IMG/VR virus record: IMGVR_UViG_3300046804_003398 | Strand: one strand, 5' to 3' | Source of the DNA: a virus | Lineage: Duplodnaviria > Caudoviricetes | DNA: 64,000 bases | In this document: positions 19,865 through 29,284 of the stretch, one piece after another | Position numbering within the stretch: the first letter of the stretch is position 1 | How the letters are laid out: each line of letters starts with the position of its first letter | Notes under the pieces: generated by a model | Told to the model about the DNA's origin: nothing | Seen by the model: the letters and a program-made list of their open reading frames with translations, nothing else | The model's database searches: none | Translations under genes and position numbers: made by a program

Positions 19865-20645
19865 ACGTTTTACATCCAAAGGATATCCAATTAAGTCATT
19901 GATAAAGATTGATGGCAAGAAGATATTGGATTACGTCTTGGACATGTTTCCAACTGTAAAAGACGATGACTTTTTGTTTATAGTCAGACGAGATGATTTG
20001 TCTGCTAATGCAATTGAGTCTGTAATATTTGAATCCAAAAAGTCAAAGATTGTAGCAATTGACAAAAACAGTCTCGGACCAGTTTATTCCATTTCAAATG
20101 CATTTGATCAAATTCCCGACGATGAAGAAGTGATTGTTAGTTACTGTGACTTGACTCAAAATTGGGACTTTACAGATTTTCTAAAACACTGTAGAGAGTC
20201 AAATTCAGATGGTTGTATAGTAACTCATGTTGGATTTGTTCCACATAAACTGTATAACAAGTCATTTGCGTTCTTGACTGTCAGTGATGACGGAACAGTA
20301 ACCTATGTTCATGAAAAGAAGCCTATGGAACTTGTAAAACCAAATGAGCCCGCTTCAAATGGCATCTACTATTTCAAGTCTGGTAAGATCATGAAACATT
20401 ATTTCAATCGTTTGATGAATGAGAAAATCTGTGTAAATGGTGAATATTATGTTACCGTTCCTTACAATTTGATGATCAATGACGGACTCAAAGTAACACA
20501 TTATGTGGCAAACAAATATGCTTGTCTTGGAACTCCAGTAGATGTCGAATGTTTCAGAGCATGGAAGTATATTATCGAAAACAACAACATCAAAGATAGT
20601 TCAATCAAAGACACATACGAGTTTTGGAAGAACTATTTTAGTTGA
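19830..20645 (+). CDS. sugar-phosphate nucleotidyltransferase (NTP_transferase family)
   Basis: LSGNSERF..KGY..K.LI, GPVYS, YCD, EKKP, GIYYF, GEYYV, LGTP.D. Confidence 0.8.
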   Translation: MKIVITLSGNSERFTSKGYPIKSLIKIDGKKILDYVLDMFPTVKDDDFLFIVRRDDLSANAIESVIFESKKSKIVAIDKNSLGPVYSISNAFDQIPDDEEVIVSYCDLTQNWDFTDFLKHCRESNSDGCIVTHVGFVPHKLYNKSFAFLTVSDDGTVTYVHEKKPMELVKPNEPASNGIYYFKSGKIMKHYFNRLMNEKICVNGEYYVTVPYNLMINDGLKVTHYVANKYACLGTPVDVECFRAWKYIIENNNIKDSSIKDTYEFWKNYFS

Positions 20646-21420
20646 CGCACAAATACTTTCTTACAACATCTTCACATTTTGTCTTGGCTAGCTCTAAATC
20701 GCCAGTTTTGATATACTCTTCGTAATCAATCATACATCTATTAGTTTCGTAATTTTTACAAAGTGGGTGTATATTCAATGTATTGTATGTCAACCTACTC
20801 AAATACTCTTGATCTACATTTGGCAACTTTTCTTTAGGAGCAAAAAAACAATCGTGGACTTTAGTTTTTGACCACTCGCCAATATAAATCAACAAGTAAT
20901 CATGTTTATTGGCCACCATTGTCAACGCTTTAACCGATGATCCCCAGATTGCGTCACAATTCCAAATTCTATTCGGATCGTTTTCAAATGCAATTGCAAC
21001 ATCGTGTGGAAGTGCAGGATTATATTCACAAGTTACAAGTGATGGTCGATACACATCTAATAACTTATCCATCAACCAAATGTCTGTAGAATCAACATCT
21101 ATAGACAAGTATCCAAGTGACTTTGGAACGGAGTATTTGTCAAATATTGACACTATATTTTCTGTGGTCAAATAGTGTTGATACAAGTTAATATCAGGGT
21201 TGTGATGTCCTCCGTCCAAGTATAAGTTTTTCCACCCATGTTTTTTTACCAATATGTGTGTATTTCCGTTGTAATCAATATTGTCTGAACTATATCCAAA
21301 CTCCACACAAAACTTCTGATCATCTGGTATCTGTAGATTGTCAATTATGTATTGTATAACATAAGTTGAAGACTCTACACGTTCATAATTAGAAATATTT
21401 TTAATCCACTCTGATTGCAT
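20638..21420 (-). CDS. FkbM-like SAM methyltransferase
   Basis: CVEFG, GNT..L...GW..LYLDG, TENI, LSIDVDSTD, EYN. Confidence 0.75.
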   Translation of the reverse strand: MQSEWIKNISNYERVESSTYVIQYIIDNLQIPDDQKFCVEFGYSSDNIDYNGNTHILVKKHGWKNLYLDGGHHNPDINLYQHYLTTENIVSIFDKYSVPKSLGYLSIDVDSTDIWLMDKLLDVYRPSLVTCEYNPALPHDVAIAFENDPNRIWNCDAIWGSSVKALTMVANKHDYLLIYIGEWSKTKVHDCFFAPKEKLPNVDQEYLSRLTYNTLNIHPLCKNYETNRCMIDYEEYIKTGDLELAKTKCEDVVRKYLCVN

Positions 21421-21424
21421 ATAT

Positions 21425-22543
21425 GTGTTTTACGATAATATGTATCATGTGAGCCTCAGTATGTTTCATTTATATAAAGACAATAAGATTGTAAGAAATA
21501 TTAGAGATTTGTCAAAATACGACAATTCTACGTTCATTTTCAAAAAACATGTTGAGTTTGATGAACGAGTTAGTTTTTATAGAAATTGTGAAGTAAAACC
21601 TTTCTTTTTTTACATACCATATTTTAACGGAAAAATACTCAGAGATTGTGGCGGCGCTTTTGAAAATGACGAACGTGTTAATCTGAATATTGTTCGTGAA
21701 CCGAAACCACCCATAATCATATCCGACCCAGTGTTTTATTTGGATGATGCGTGGGGTGGAAACTTTCATCATTGGTTCTGGGAATATGCTCCAAAAATCA
21801 TGCGGTTTATCAAGTTGAAGGAACACATTCCAAACTTAAAGTTGTTGATAAACTTGAAGATATTGTCACAAGACGAGTTGAAACAAATATTGGGTCGTTA
21901 TGCAGATGATGTGATATACATGGACCCATACCTAGAACAGTCATATCAATGTGATCAACTATACATTGCCAATCCAACTTCATGTTGGAAACCAAATTAT
22001 TTTTGTGAAGAAATACGCACGGATCTTTTTAAACTGTTGATCGACACTTTTTATGATCCATCATATGATTGGCCACACACCAAAATTTATATTTCTAGGT
22101 ATAACAACTGTTTGGTTCACAATGCTACAAGAAAAGTGTTGAATATTTTAGAGGTCCACAGATTTTTTGAACATTTTGGTTATAAGCCAATATTCACAGA
22201 CAAACTGAACTTCAAAGACAGAGTAAACATATTTCAAAGAGCTACGCATATATGTTGTGAACACGGTGGTGGGGCCAATCACATATTCTTGACAAAAGAA
22301 CATACCAAGATGGGTATAATCAATTTTCCAAATTTAGAGTTTAATGACCAATGGTTGGAATATAATAAATTCAATCGAACCGTCATTCAATTAGAAAATA
22401 TTGGACAATATATGGAAGACAGATTTATATGTAAGTATCCAACTGTCGAACCTATAAACTATAAAATACAAGATGCATCTAAACCATGGTGTCTTGATCT
22501 CTATCAATTAGAAACCGCACTTAAACGTTACGCATTTTTATGA
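21425..22543 (+). CDS. GT61 (DUF563) glycosyltransferase; start may be the ATG at 21440
   Basis: NFHHWFWE, IYISR, RKVLN, HGGGANH. Confidence 0.8.
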   Translation: MFYDNMYHVSLSMFHLYKDNKIVRNIRDLSKYDNSTFIFKKHVEFDERVSFYRNCEVKPFFFYIPYFNGKILRDCGGAFENDERVNLNIVREPKPPIIISDPVFYLDDAWGGNFHHWFWEYAPKIMRFIKLKEHIPNLKLLINLKILSQDELKQILGRYADDVIYMDPYLEQSYQCDQLYIANPTSCWKPNYFCEEIRTDLFKLLIDTFYDPSYDWPHTKIYISRYNNCLVHNATRKVLNILEVHRFFEHFGYKPIFTDKLNFKDRVNIFQRATHICCEHGGGANHIFLTKEHTKMGIINFPNLEFNDQWLEYNKFNRTVIQLENIGQYMEDRFICKYPTVEPINYKIQDASKPWCLDLYQLETALKRYAFL

Positions 22544-23208
22544 AATTTACACAAACAGACTATTTTTTGAACGTTGAAAACCTCACGATCAATACCGATG
22601 TTGAAGGAACACATCGTAGATTCAGAACCATATTTGAAGCACTCGAAAAATTAAATCTACCAGAATATCACATCATTGAAACTGGATGTGCTCGTTGGAA
22701 TAAAAACTGGAAAGGTGAAGGTCAATTTACATTGATCGCCGATGAATTTGTCAATTATTACAAAGGTCATCTCTACTCAGTCAACATAAACCCAAATGAT
22801 GTCAATGCTGCAAGAAGTTATGTGGGTGACAATGCTACAATAGAATTGGATGATAGTGTAAACTTCCTCAAGAACTTCAAAGACTTGGAAAAGATATCGT
22901 TGTTTTATCTTGATTCAATGGATTTAGAGTGGGGTAATCCATGGCCTTCAGAAGAACATCATCTTAAGGAGTTCTGCACAATATTCTCAAGAAGAACCTC
23001 TGCCAACTTTTATCTTGCTATAGACGATTGTAACATAAACTTCTGTGGCAAGGTGATTGGTAAAGGACAACAAATCAAGAGGATGTTGGATGGTCTTGGT
23101 ATCAAACCAATATTAGATGAATATCAAATAATGTATTTCATTGATCAATCAACATTTGATACAATAAAATCACACCTGATTAAATTGGATTACTTCCATT
23201 ATCTCTGA
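22540..23208 (+). CDS. class I SAM-dependent methyltransferase
   Basis: IIETGCAR, DSVNFL, LFYLDSMD, HHLKEF, IDD...GKG. Confidence 0.75.
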   Translation: MKFTQTDYFLNVENLTINTDVEGTHRRFRTIFEALEKLNLPEYHIIETGCARWNKNWKGEGQFTLIADEFVNYYKGHLYSVNINPNDVNAARSYVGDNATIELDDSVNFLKNFKDLEKISLFYLDSMDLEWGNPWPSEEHHLKEFCTIFSRRTSANFYLAIDDCNINFCGKVIGKGQQIKRMLDGLGIKPILDEYQIMYFIDQSTFDTIKSHLIKLDYFHYL

Positions 23209-23983
23209 CAAACTGTAGAACATCATCATTGTTCATCTTGAGGTTGCTCTGTATAATCCAGAACGCATCTGTTTTTCTTAATTGAGATTCGTGTTCGTCT
23301 GGATTCCAAAGACCACTACAAAAAGTCTTTGTAACATCATCGGCATACAAATACTTGCCATTGACATGTAAGTAATAGTGCATGTATTCTGTTCCAATAT
23401 TACCCAATACAAAGTCTTTGACAAACGTTGGGTGATTTGTTTCCAGATTGTCTAACAGCTGTTTTACTTCATCAGTAATCATCAACGCCGGAGTTACACC
23501 ATAATGGAACTTCCACAAGACAGTCTTTGGATCTCTGTTGATATATCCAAGCGTATCATACAACCATTTTACATGACAACAAGTATCATATTGTGATCTA
23601 TCTAAATGTTGTGATGCATCATAGATGAACAAAATAATCTCACCGTCTTCATTGAAGAACTCGTTGAAATCAAACTTTCGATTCACATATAAATCACTAT
23701 CCAACAACAAATAATGTGTGGTCTGTATTTGTCGTGCTATATACAGCTTCAATAAGCATTGTTTGAAGTAACCAGAACAACGTGTTGGCGTTACAACCAC
23801 ATCATGGTCCAATACTACAGTGTATGTATCATCCAATTGTAATGAGTCACACATCTTAGGTATGATAACAATCTTGGGACAGTTGGTAAATTTCAACGAT
23901 GGCGCCAAGACTTTATTGAACCGTTCAACATCATAATCCGACTTGGTGTTGATTGGTATTACTATAGAAAATGTGTGATTCAT
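23180..23983 (-). CDS. DUF6492-like GT-A fold protein
   Basis: GYFKQCLLKL, YLLLDSD, GVTPALM, TEY. Confidence 0.65.
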   Translation of the reverse strand: MNHTFSIVIPINTKSDYDVERFNKVLAPSLKFTNCPKIVIIPKMCDSLQLDDTYTVVLDHDVVVTPTRCSGYFKQCLLKLYIARQIQTTHYLLLDSDLYVNRKFDFNEFFNEDGEIILFIYDASQHLDRSQYDTCCHVKWLYDTLGYINRDPKTVLWKFHYGVTPALMITDEVKQLLDNLETNHPTFVKDFVLGNIGTEYMHYYLHVNGKYLYADDVTKTFCSGLWNPDEHESQLRKTDAFWIIQSNLKMNNDDVLQFVRDNGSNPI

Positions 23984-25122
23984 AATAAATTGAGTCTAAT
24001 CGAAATAGTATCATATACCACTCTACGTATGTTTTCAATTGTAAAATGTGACTCAGACAATTTATACATTTCATCTCTAACCGATTCAAACTTATCTAAA
24101 TTGTTATTTACATCGTTTATCTTCTCAACCAAATCACTTAGATCTTTTTTAATTTTGATATAGTGTTTGTCTGGAACCAGTTGATGTTCAGCATATGACC
24201 ACACTGGATGATCTGTAGAGAATATGATTCTGTTTGTTTGAATCAAATGTGGCACTCGACCACTAAATCCACCAGCACCAACCTCAATCAGATAGTCAAA
24301 GTCTTTTACTTGATCTTCAAATGTGACATATTCAGAGTATGTGAACTCTGGTGAAATGTCTTTTTCTGGCGATTGATGTTTTATCCAATGTTTGGCATCA
24401 ATCAAATCTGGATATTTCTGTGACAATTTTACCAACGATTTTCTTTGAGCACAGTTAAGAGATCCTCGCCAACCAACCTTTTGTTGCAATCCCTTGTTAT
24501 GTTTAGCATACTCACGTTTGTATTTGGTGAGATTATTAAAATTGACTCCAAGAAAATCACTATAAGCACATGTTGGTAATATGGATAATGTGTTATTGAC
24601 CAACAGACCACGTTTGTAATATTGTGGATCGGTCAACTGTTTGACATCTGGTAGAAACTCTCGTTGGTTATAAGCGCCTAGATCAACTTCGTGTTGTTCA
24701 AATTCATAATTGTAATATGCGGTTGAAAACACAGGAATTTTGATATTATCCAACATGTGTTTGGTAGGACCAGAATCATGTAGAACTATCTGAATCCAGT
24801 CAAAATTCTTGAAGTTATACTCCGCGTCAACATCGTTTAATAACTTGATGGTTGCGAATGGTCTGTCATCATTGTAATGACCATAATCCATTTTACCATT
24901 GTGTTTTCTTACAAATAACGTTGACGCTTGATAATATTGTGGGTATGGTGTCCCCCAATAATAAGGGTAATCACTTTCTTTCATTCCCCATCCAATATCA
25001 TCAAGAGTATTATATGATTTATTGATGCTATAGTCTTTGCACAGATCGGCGTTACCGTGCCATCGTGATGGGTGTGAATTGATATAAATTACCTCAGACA
25101 TACTATCAACCTCGGAACTCAC
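23980..25122 (-). CDS. GT90/CAP10-domain glycosyltransferase
   Basis: VGWRGS, R..LV, DYLIEVGAGGFSGR, LVPDKHYI.IK.DLSDL.EKI. Confidence 0.75.
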   Translation of the reverse strand: MSSEVDSMSEVIYINSHPSRWHGNADLCKDYSINKSYNTLDDIGWGMKESDYPYYWGTPYPQYYQASTLFVRKHNGKMDYGHYNDDRPFATIKLLNDVDAEYNFKNFDWIQIVLHDSGPTKHMLDNIKIPVFSTAYYNYEFEQHEVDLGAYNQREFLPDVKQLTDPQYYKRGLLVNNTLSILPTCAYSDFLGVNFNNLTKYKREYAKHNKGLQQKVGWRGSLNCAQRKSLVKLSQKYPDLIDAKHWIKHQSPEKDISPEFTYSEYVTFEDQVKDFDYLIEVGAGGFSGRVPHLIQTNRIIFSTDHPVWSYAEHQLVPDKHYIKIKKDLSDLVEKINDVNNNLDKFESVRDEMYKLSESHFTIENIRRVVYDTISIRLNLL

Positions 25123-26167
25123 TTAAATTACCAAAGTCTATAAGATCATAATTCAGATCTTGTCTAATAACATTCAAGAATTCGCCATGTTCTGGATGAC
25201 TTGGATCAAATATGTTGTGTTTGTTAAACTCATCTGGAGAATATGTTCCCCAATTTACAATCCTTGATAGATAACAATAGAAACTATGTGATCTTGCTAT
25301 GTCCACAAACAGTGGTATTTCTTTGTAATTCTTCTGTTGACATACAAAGTCCAATCTAACCCAATGCAACTTACCTTTGTCAAATAGTGTTTCAACAAAG
25401 TCCAAGTTACGCATCAACTTCTTCCAATCACCACCTTTTCTAGTGTAATTGTAAGTTTCTTCGGTTCCAGCATCCAAACTGATTATTGTGCTGATTCGAT
25501 TGTTGTGAATCTTGTTCATCTTATCCCAGTTTTCTTCTGTGAATAGAACACCGTTTGTTTGAAGTTGGAACTCTACCAATGGATTCTTTACACCTTCAAA
25601 TGAAGTCAAAAACTCCCAAAACAACCTACTAGCAAATGGATCTCCAGACCCAGTAACATTGATTGTGGTTCTTACCTTACATGTATAAAGATACTCAATC
25701 AACTTTTCTTGAAATTGAACCTTGGTGTAATACTCGTTGCCCACACTCTTTTCATTCAAGAAAACAAAATTCTCACGACAACTTGGACATCTCAAATTGC
25801 AACTTCTATCATAACATAGATTGATGAAGTTTGGATTGGATGAAATCAGTTGTTTTTCTTCATAGATTTTCTTTTTGTCCGCACCATGTTTTCCAGCCAA
25901 AACATCTTCTACGTTTGGCAATGAATCATTTTGAATCATCGGACATTGAGTTCTATTGCAATACTTATAACTTCCGTCCAGAATTGATTCTCTAAACCTT
26001 TGAGCTTTTTCTCCATTCCATCTATTCTCAAATCCTTCTGAAATTCTTACTTTGCCAAAGTTATACTGATTGACCCAGTTTGGACAACACGGATACATGT
26101 TGGTATCATCTTGGATCTCCATGAAGTCCCAAGGTCTAAAACACATCTTTTTGGTCAAGTCTTTCAT
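25106..26167 (-). CDS. radical SAM protein with N-terminal SPASM/twitch domain
   Basis: CFRPW, YPCC, C..C of the SPASM domain; CNLRCPSC (CxxxCxxC); GSGDPF; QTNG; SLDA. Confidence 0.9.
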   Translation of the reverse strand: MKDLTKKMCFRPWDFMEIQDDTNMYPCCPNWVNQYNFGKVRISEGFENRWNGEKAQRFRESILDGSYKYCNRTQCPMIQNDSLPNVEDVLAGKHGADKKKIYEEKQLISSNPNFINLCYDRSCNLRCPSCRENFVFLNEKSVGNEYYTKVQFQEKLIEYLYTCKVRTTINVTGSGDPFASRLFWEFLTSFEGVKNPLVEFQLQTNGVLFTEENWDKMNKIHNNRISTIISLDAGTEETYNYTRKGGDWKKLMRNLDFVETLFDKGKLHWVRLDFVCQQKNYKEIPLFVDIARSHSFYCYLSRIVNWGTYSPDEFNKHNIFDPSHPEHGEFLNVIRQDLNYDLIDFGNLSEFRG

Positions 26168-26595
26168 TATTGTCCTCCGTTAATAACTTTATCTTCAGCA
26201 CTCATACGATGTTTGTTTTGTTCAAATAACTTGTATAACTTATGAAGGTCTGAGTCTGGTGATAAAACCGTCCAGATATTATTTTCTGCATTTTCACACA
26301 CAATAATACTTTCAATTTTTACTTTGGCAACTTTTTTATCCAGAATGTCAAATACGTCATTTGCGTTGGACTTTAACTTAAGAACTTCTGGTCCATTTTT
26401 TACATTCACTGTAACCGTATTGGTGTAGAGTGTATGTAGATCCAATGGTGCTTCTTTCCAACATTTATCTTGATCGGAATAAAACACGATCAAGTCATCT
26501 GTCAATTGAACAACGTCAAGTTTGTTTATGTGTTTGATTGTTGATACGGGAACGGTATAAACAATATTGTTATAGTAGACTTCTTTAATATTCAT
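26167..26595 (-). CDS. hypothetical protein
   Basis: 142-aa ORF coupled to both neighbours by overlapping stop/start codons. Confidence 0.6.
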   Translation of the reverse strand: MNIKEVYYNNIVYTVPVSTIKHINKLDVVQLTDDLIVFYSDQDKCWKEAPLDLHTLYTNTVTVNVKNGPEVLKLKSNANDVFDILDKKVAKVKIESIIVCENAENNIWTVLSPDSDLHKLYKLFEQNKHRMSAEDKVINGGQ

Positions 26596-29240
26596 AGACT
26601 TTTATAAATCTTAGAATTGACCATACTTTCTAAGAAATGACCAATTTCAACTTTGTATCTCATAGTTTTCAGATAAAGATGTGCTCTCCTAATGAGGTCC
26701 AAATCTTTAAGCTTTTCTTCCAGATCAAACTGACTATCAATATATAGTGGATATCCTTCACCCAAGTATTCGACAACAGCGGGCAAACGATTTATAAATA
26801 TTGGAGTCGCTCTGGCCATACATTCAATGATACCATTGTTTGCACTACTATCGTATAGATCCAAATAAACGACATTCTCTGTCAAAATCTTATCATATTC
26901 ATCGTTTGGCAAAAAGTCAAGGATTTTAACAGAGTTACGTTGTTCATCAGTGATGTATTGATTACTGACAAGAGACTCTATTTTTTCTAATCTGAAAATG
27001 GTGTCTTTACACTTATTGTTTGGAAGCAATCTGACCTTTTGATAACCGTGCGCTCTAACAGTATATAACGCATTCAATTTACGTAACCACCAGCCAATCG
27101 TAATAAGCTTTTTCTCTTGATTCTTTGCAAACCTTTCAAAATCAAATTGTAACTCTGGAATTTCAGTTGGATGATATAGTGACTCAACTGGAATAAAAGG
27201 TATGTATTGACGTATCACCTTGGCATGATATTCGGATAAAGTATAGATACCCTTACATCTTCTAAGACTGTCTAGGAAGTATGGATCTTGCAATATGATG
27301 TTACTGAATGCATTGTTGTCACTAAACCACGGTGGCATGTTTGGAGGATTGTGAATAAACCCAATCCAACTCTTGTTGTAAGGAATAGTCTTTTGAAGAA
27401 TACATTCTGTCTTTCTCCAACTAAAATTGTTCTCTATAAACCCATCACAATAAACGCCACTGTTGCTATTGAGAGCGGCCATGTTGTGCAACACATAATT
27501 CCATCCAGATCTATGTGAATAGAAAGACAATTGTCTACCAAGATTGATCTTCTTTGGATACTTGTTATTATCAGTCAACTCTTTGAACTTGATGATGATG
27601 TCACCATACTCACCCTTGTTCAAGACATTTGACTTCTCTATAACAAATCCAGTTTCTACCAATACACGTTCGTTGAAATTGGTATCTTTGAATAACAACC
27701 TGCTGGTATTGTTCTTGATACCATTGACATAAACGTCTACAATCTTGATGCCATACCGATTGTTGCCAGATCGGTTTATAAATGACCCGTCGAATGTAAC
27801 ATCACAGTTGATCTTGACATTCTTTTCTTCTTTGGAAATTATCTTCAATGAGTGTTGACCACGTTTCATCGAATATACATGATCAACTTCATTTATAGTA
27901 AACGTCACATTGACATCGGTAATTGATTCCAATACAACTTCAAATTTGTATACATCGGGCCCAATTACAATTTCAGCTTCTTTGTCTGACCAAATACCAT
28001 TGACCAACGATTCATTGTGCCATCCATTTTTAAAGTAAATTGGAAACAATGAAGACTCTTCCGTTTGTGACGTATTTGGTTGATACAATTCTACTGGGTC
28101 CAAATATACGCATTTTCTAATATTTGTGTAGTATGCGTTCTTGAGACTGTTGCACAAATCTTCGTATGACGGATCAACACTCTTGGTGTTCATATTGATC
28201 CACATCAACATTGATGTATCTATGTTTTTGTCATAACTACTGATATATGTTGTGTTGTAATTAACCTCAAACAATCTAGGATAGTTTGTAAGGTAATCTG
28301 TCATACCGCCGTGTAAAGGACTTACAATATCTTTATTCTTAGTCTTTGCGGTGTAACATGGTATATTGAATCCTTCACCTCTTGATACGTTAACATAAAT
28401 GTCAGTGTCATCATGTAGACTCTGAATTTTGTCAAAGCTCAACCTTTCGCTTATTACTACAATAGGAGCATAAGCAAAGTCTTTGTCCCGATTCTTGATC
28501 TTTTTGAGTATGATCTCTTGTATATGTTTCTCAATGGTCTTAACATTATTAAGGTTATCAGTGAACTTACATATCAATAATGTTTCGTCATCAAAAGCAA
28601 ATGAATCCAAATATGCTTCGATCAAAAATCCCGTGTTCTTTCTGGATACCAATGACGATACATTCAGAAACTTGACTCTCTTGGCAAACCGTTGATAGTT
28701 TATTGGAACCGGACTGAATATTCTGGCATTTTCAAATAAGTCAACTATATTGTGACGTTTATAGTGAACGGGTGGTATGGTGTGTGGTTCCACTATAATA
28801 TCCTTCTTGATGCCTGAATTTACAAACACCTCTTTACACCATTGTGAAGGCACGCTTACTACATTTACGATACTGTCATTTATCGATTTTACCCACTTGT
28901 CTGGAAGCGGATCAAAGTCCCATACAGTTCTGCCAGTAATTTTTTTGTTACCAATCCAATCTTTGTGTGACTCAATAACTTGATTCCAGATGTCGGGTGT
29001 AAAATGAATCACCACTTCCGAATCACTCAACTTTTCTTTCTTTGAAAATACTGGAAGCTTCTTTAAGTTGTTGTGAAAATACTTATAAAACTCAGTGTCG
29101 TCTTTTACTGGTTCTCCAGACAATGTAGCAAAATAAACTTCATGACCGTTTTGTAATAGGTCATAAATGTATCCCTTGGCCGCATTAGCATACCCACTCG
29201 CACCATCCGCACCGAAATAAACAACTTTCTTGTTACTCAT
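26592..29240 (-). CDS. three-module glycosyltransferase (GT4 + beta-sandwich + second GT-B-like domain)
   Basis: SGYANAA...GEGFNIP GT4 module; GWH..GIWS middle module; HRSGW...SANNGIIEC..RATP..EYLG C-terminal module. Confidence 0.75.
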   Translation of the reverse strand: MSNKKVVYFGADGASGYANAAKGYIYDLLQNGHEVYFATLSGEPVKDDTEFYKYFHNNLKKLPVFSKKEKLSDSEVVIHFTPDIWNQVIESHKDWIGNKKITGRTVWDFDPLPDKWVKSINDSIVNVVSVPSQWCKEVFVNSGIKKDIIVEPHTIPPVHYKRHNIVDLFENARIFSPVPINYQRFAKRVKFLNVSSLVSRKNTGFLIEAYLDSFAFDDETLLICKFTDNLNNVKTIEKHIQEIILKKIKNRDKDFAYAPIVVISERLSFDKIQSLHDDTDIYVNVSRGEGFNIPCYTAKTKNKDIVSPLHGGMTDYLTNYPRLFEVNYNTTYISSYDKNIDTSMLMWINMNTKSVDPSYEDLCNSLKNAYYTNIRKCVYLDPVELYQPNTSQTEESSLFPIYFKNGWHNESLVNGIWSDKEAEIVIGPDVYKFEVVLESITDVNVTFTINEVDHVYSMKRGQHSLKIISKEEKNVKINCDVTFDGSFINRSGNNRYGIKIVDVYVNGIKNNTSRLLFKDTNFNERVLVETGFVIEKSNVLNKGEYGDIIIKFKELTDNNKYPKKINLGRQLSFYSHRSGWNYVLHNMAALNSNSGVYCDGFIENNFSWRKTECILQKTIPYNKSWIGFIHNPPNMPPWFSDNNAFSNIILQDPYFLDSLRRCKGIYTLSEYHAKVIRQYIPFIPVESLYHPTEIPELQFDFERFAKNQEKKLITIGWWLRKLNALYTVRAHGYQKVRLLPNNKCKDTIFRLEKIESLVSNQYITDEQRNSVKILDFLPNDEYDKILTENVVYLDLYDSSANNGIIECMARATPIFINRLPAVVEYLGEGYPLYIDSQFDLEEKLKDLDLIRRAHLYLKTMRYKVEIGHFLESMVNSKIYKSL

Positions 29241-29244
29241 TTGG

Positions 29245-29255
29245 TAATAAATAGT
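29245..29255 (-). promoter_or_regulatory. ACTATTTATTA box, candidate phage late promoter
   Basis: Exact 11-mer also at 35130-35140 and 47957-47967, each 4-10 nt before a minus-strand ATG. Confidence 0.55.
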
Positions 29256-29284
29256 CCGAGTGGGTATTTGCCTACTTTTTACAA

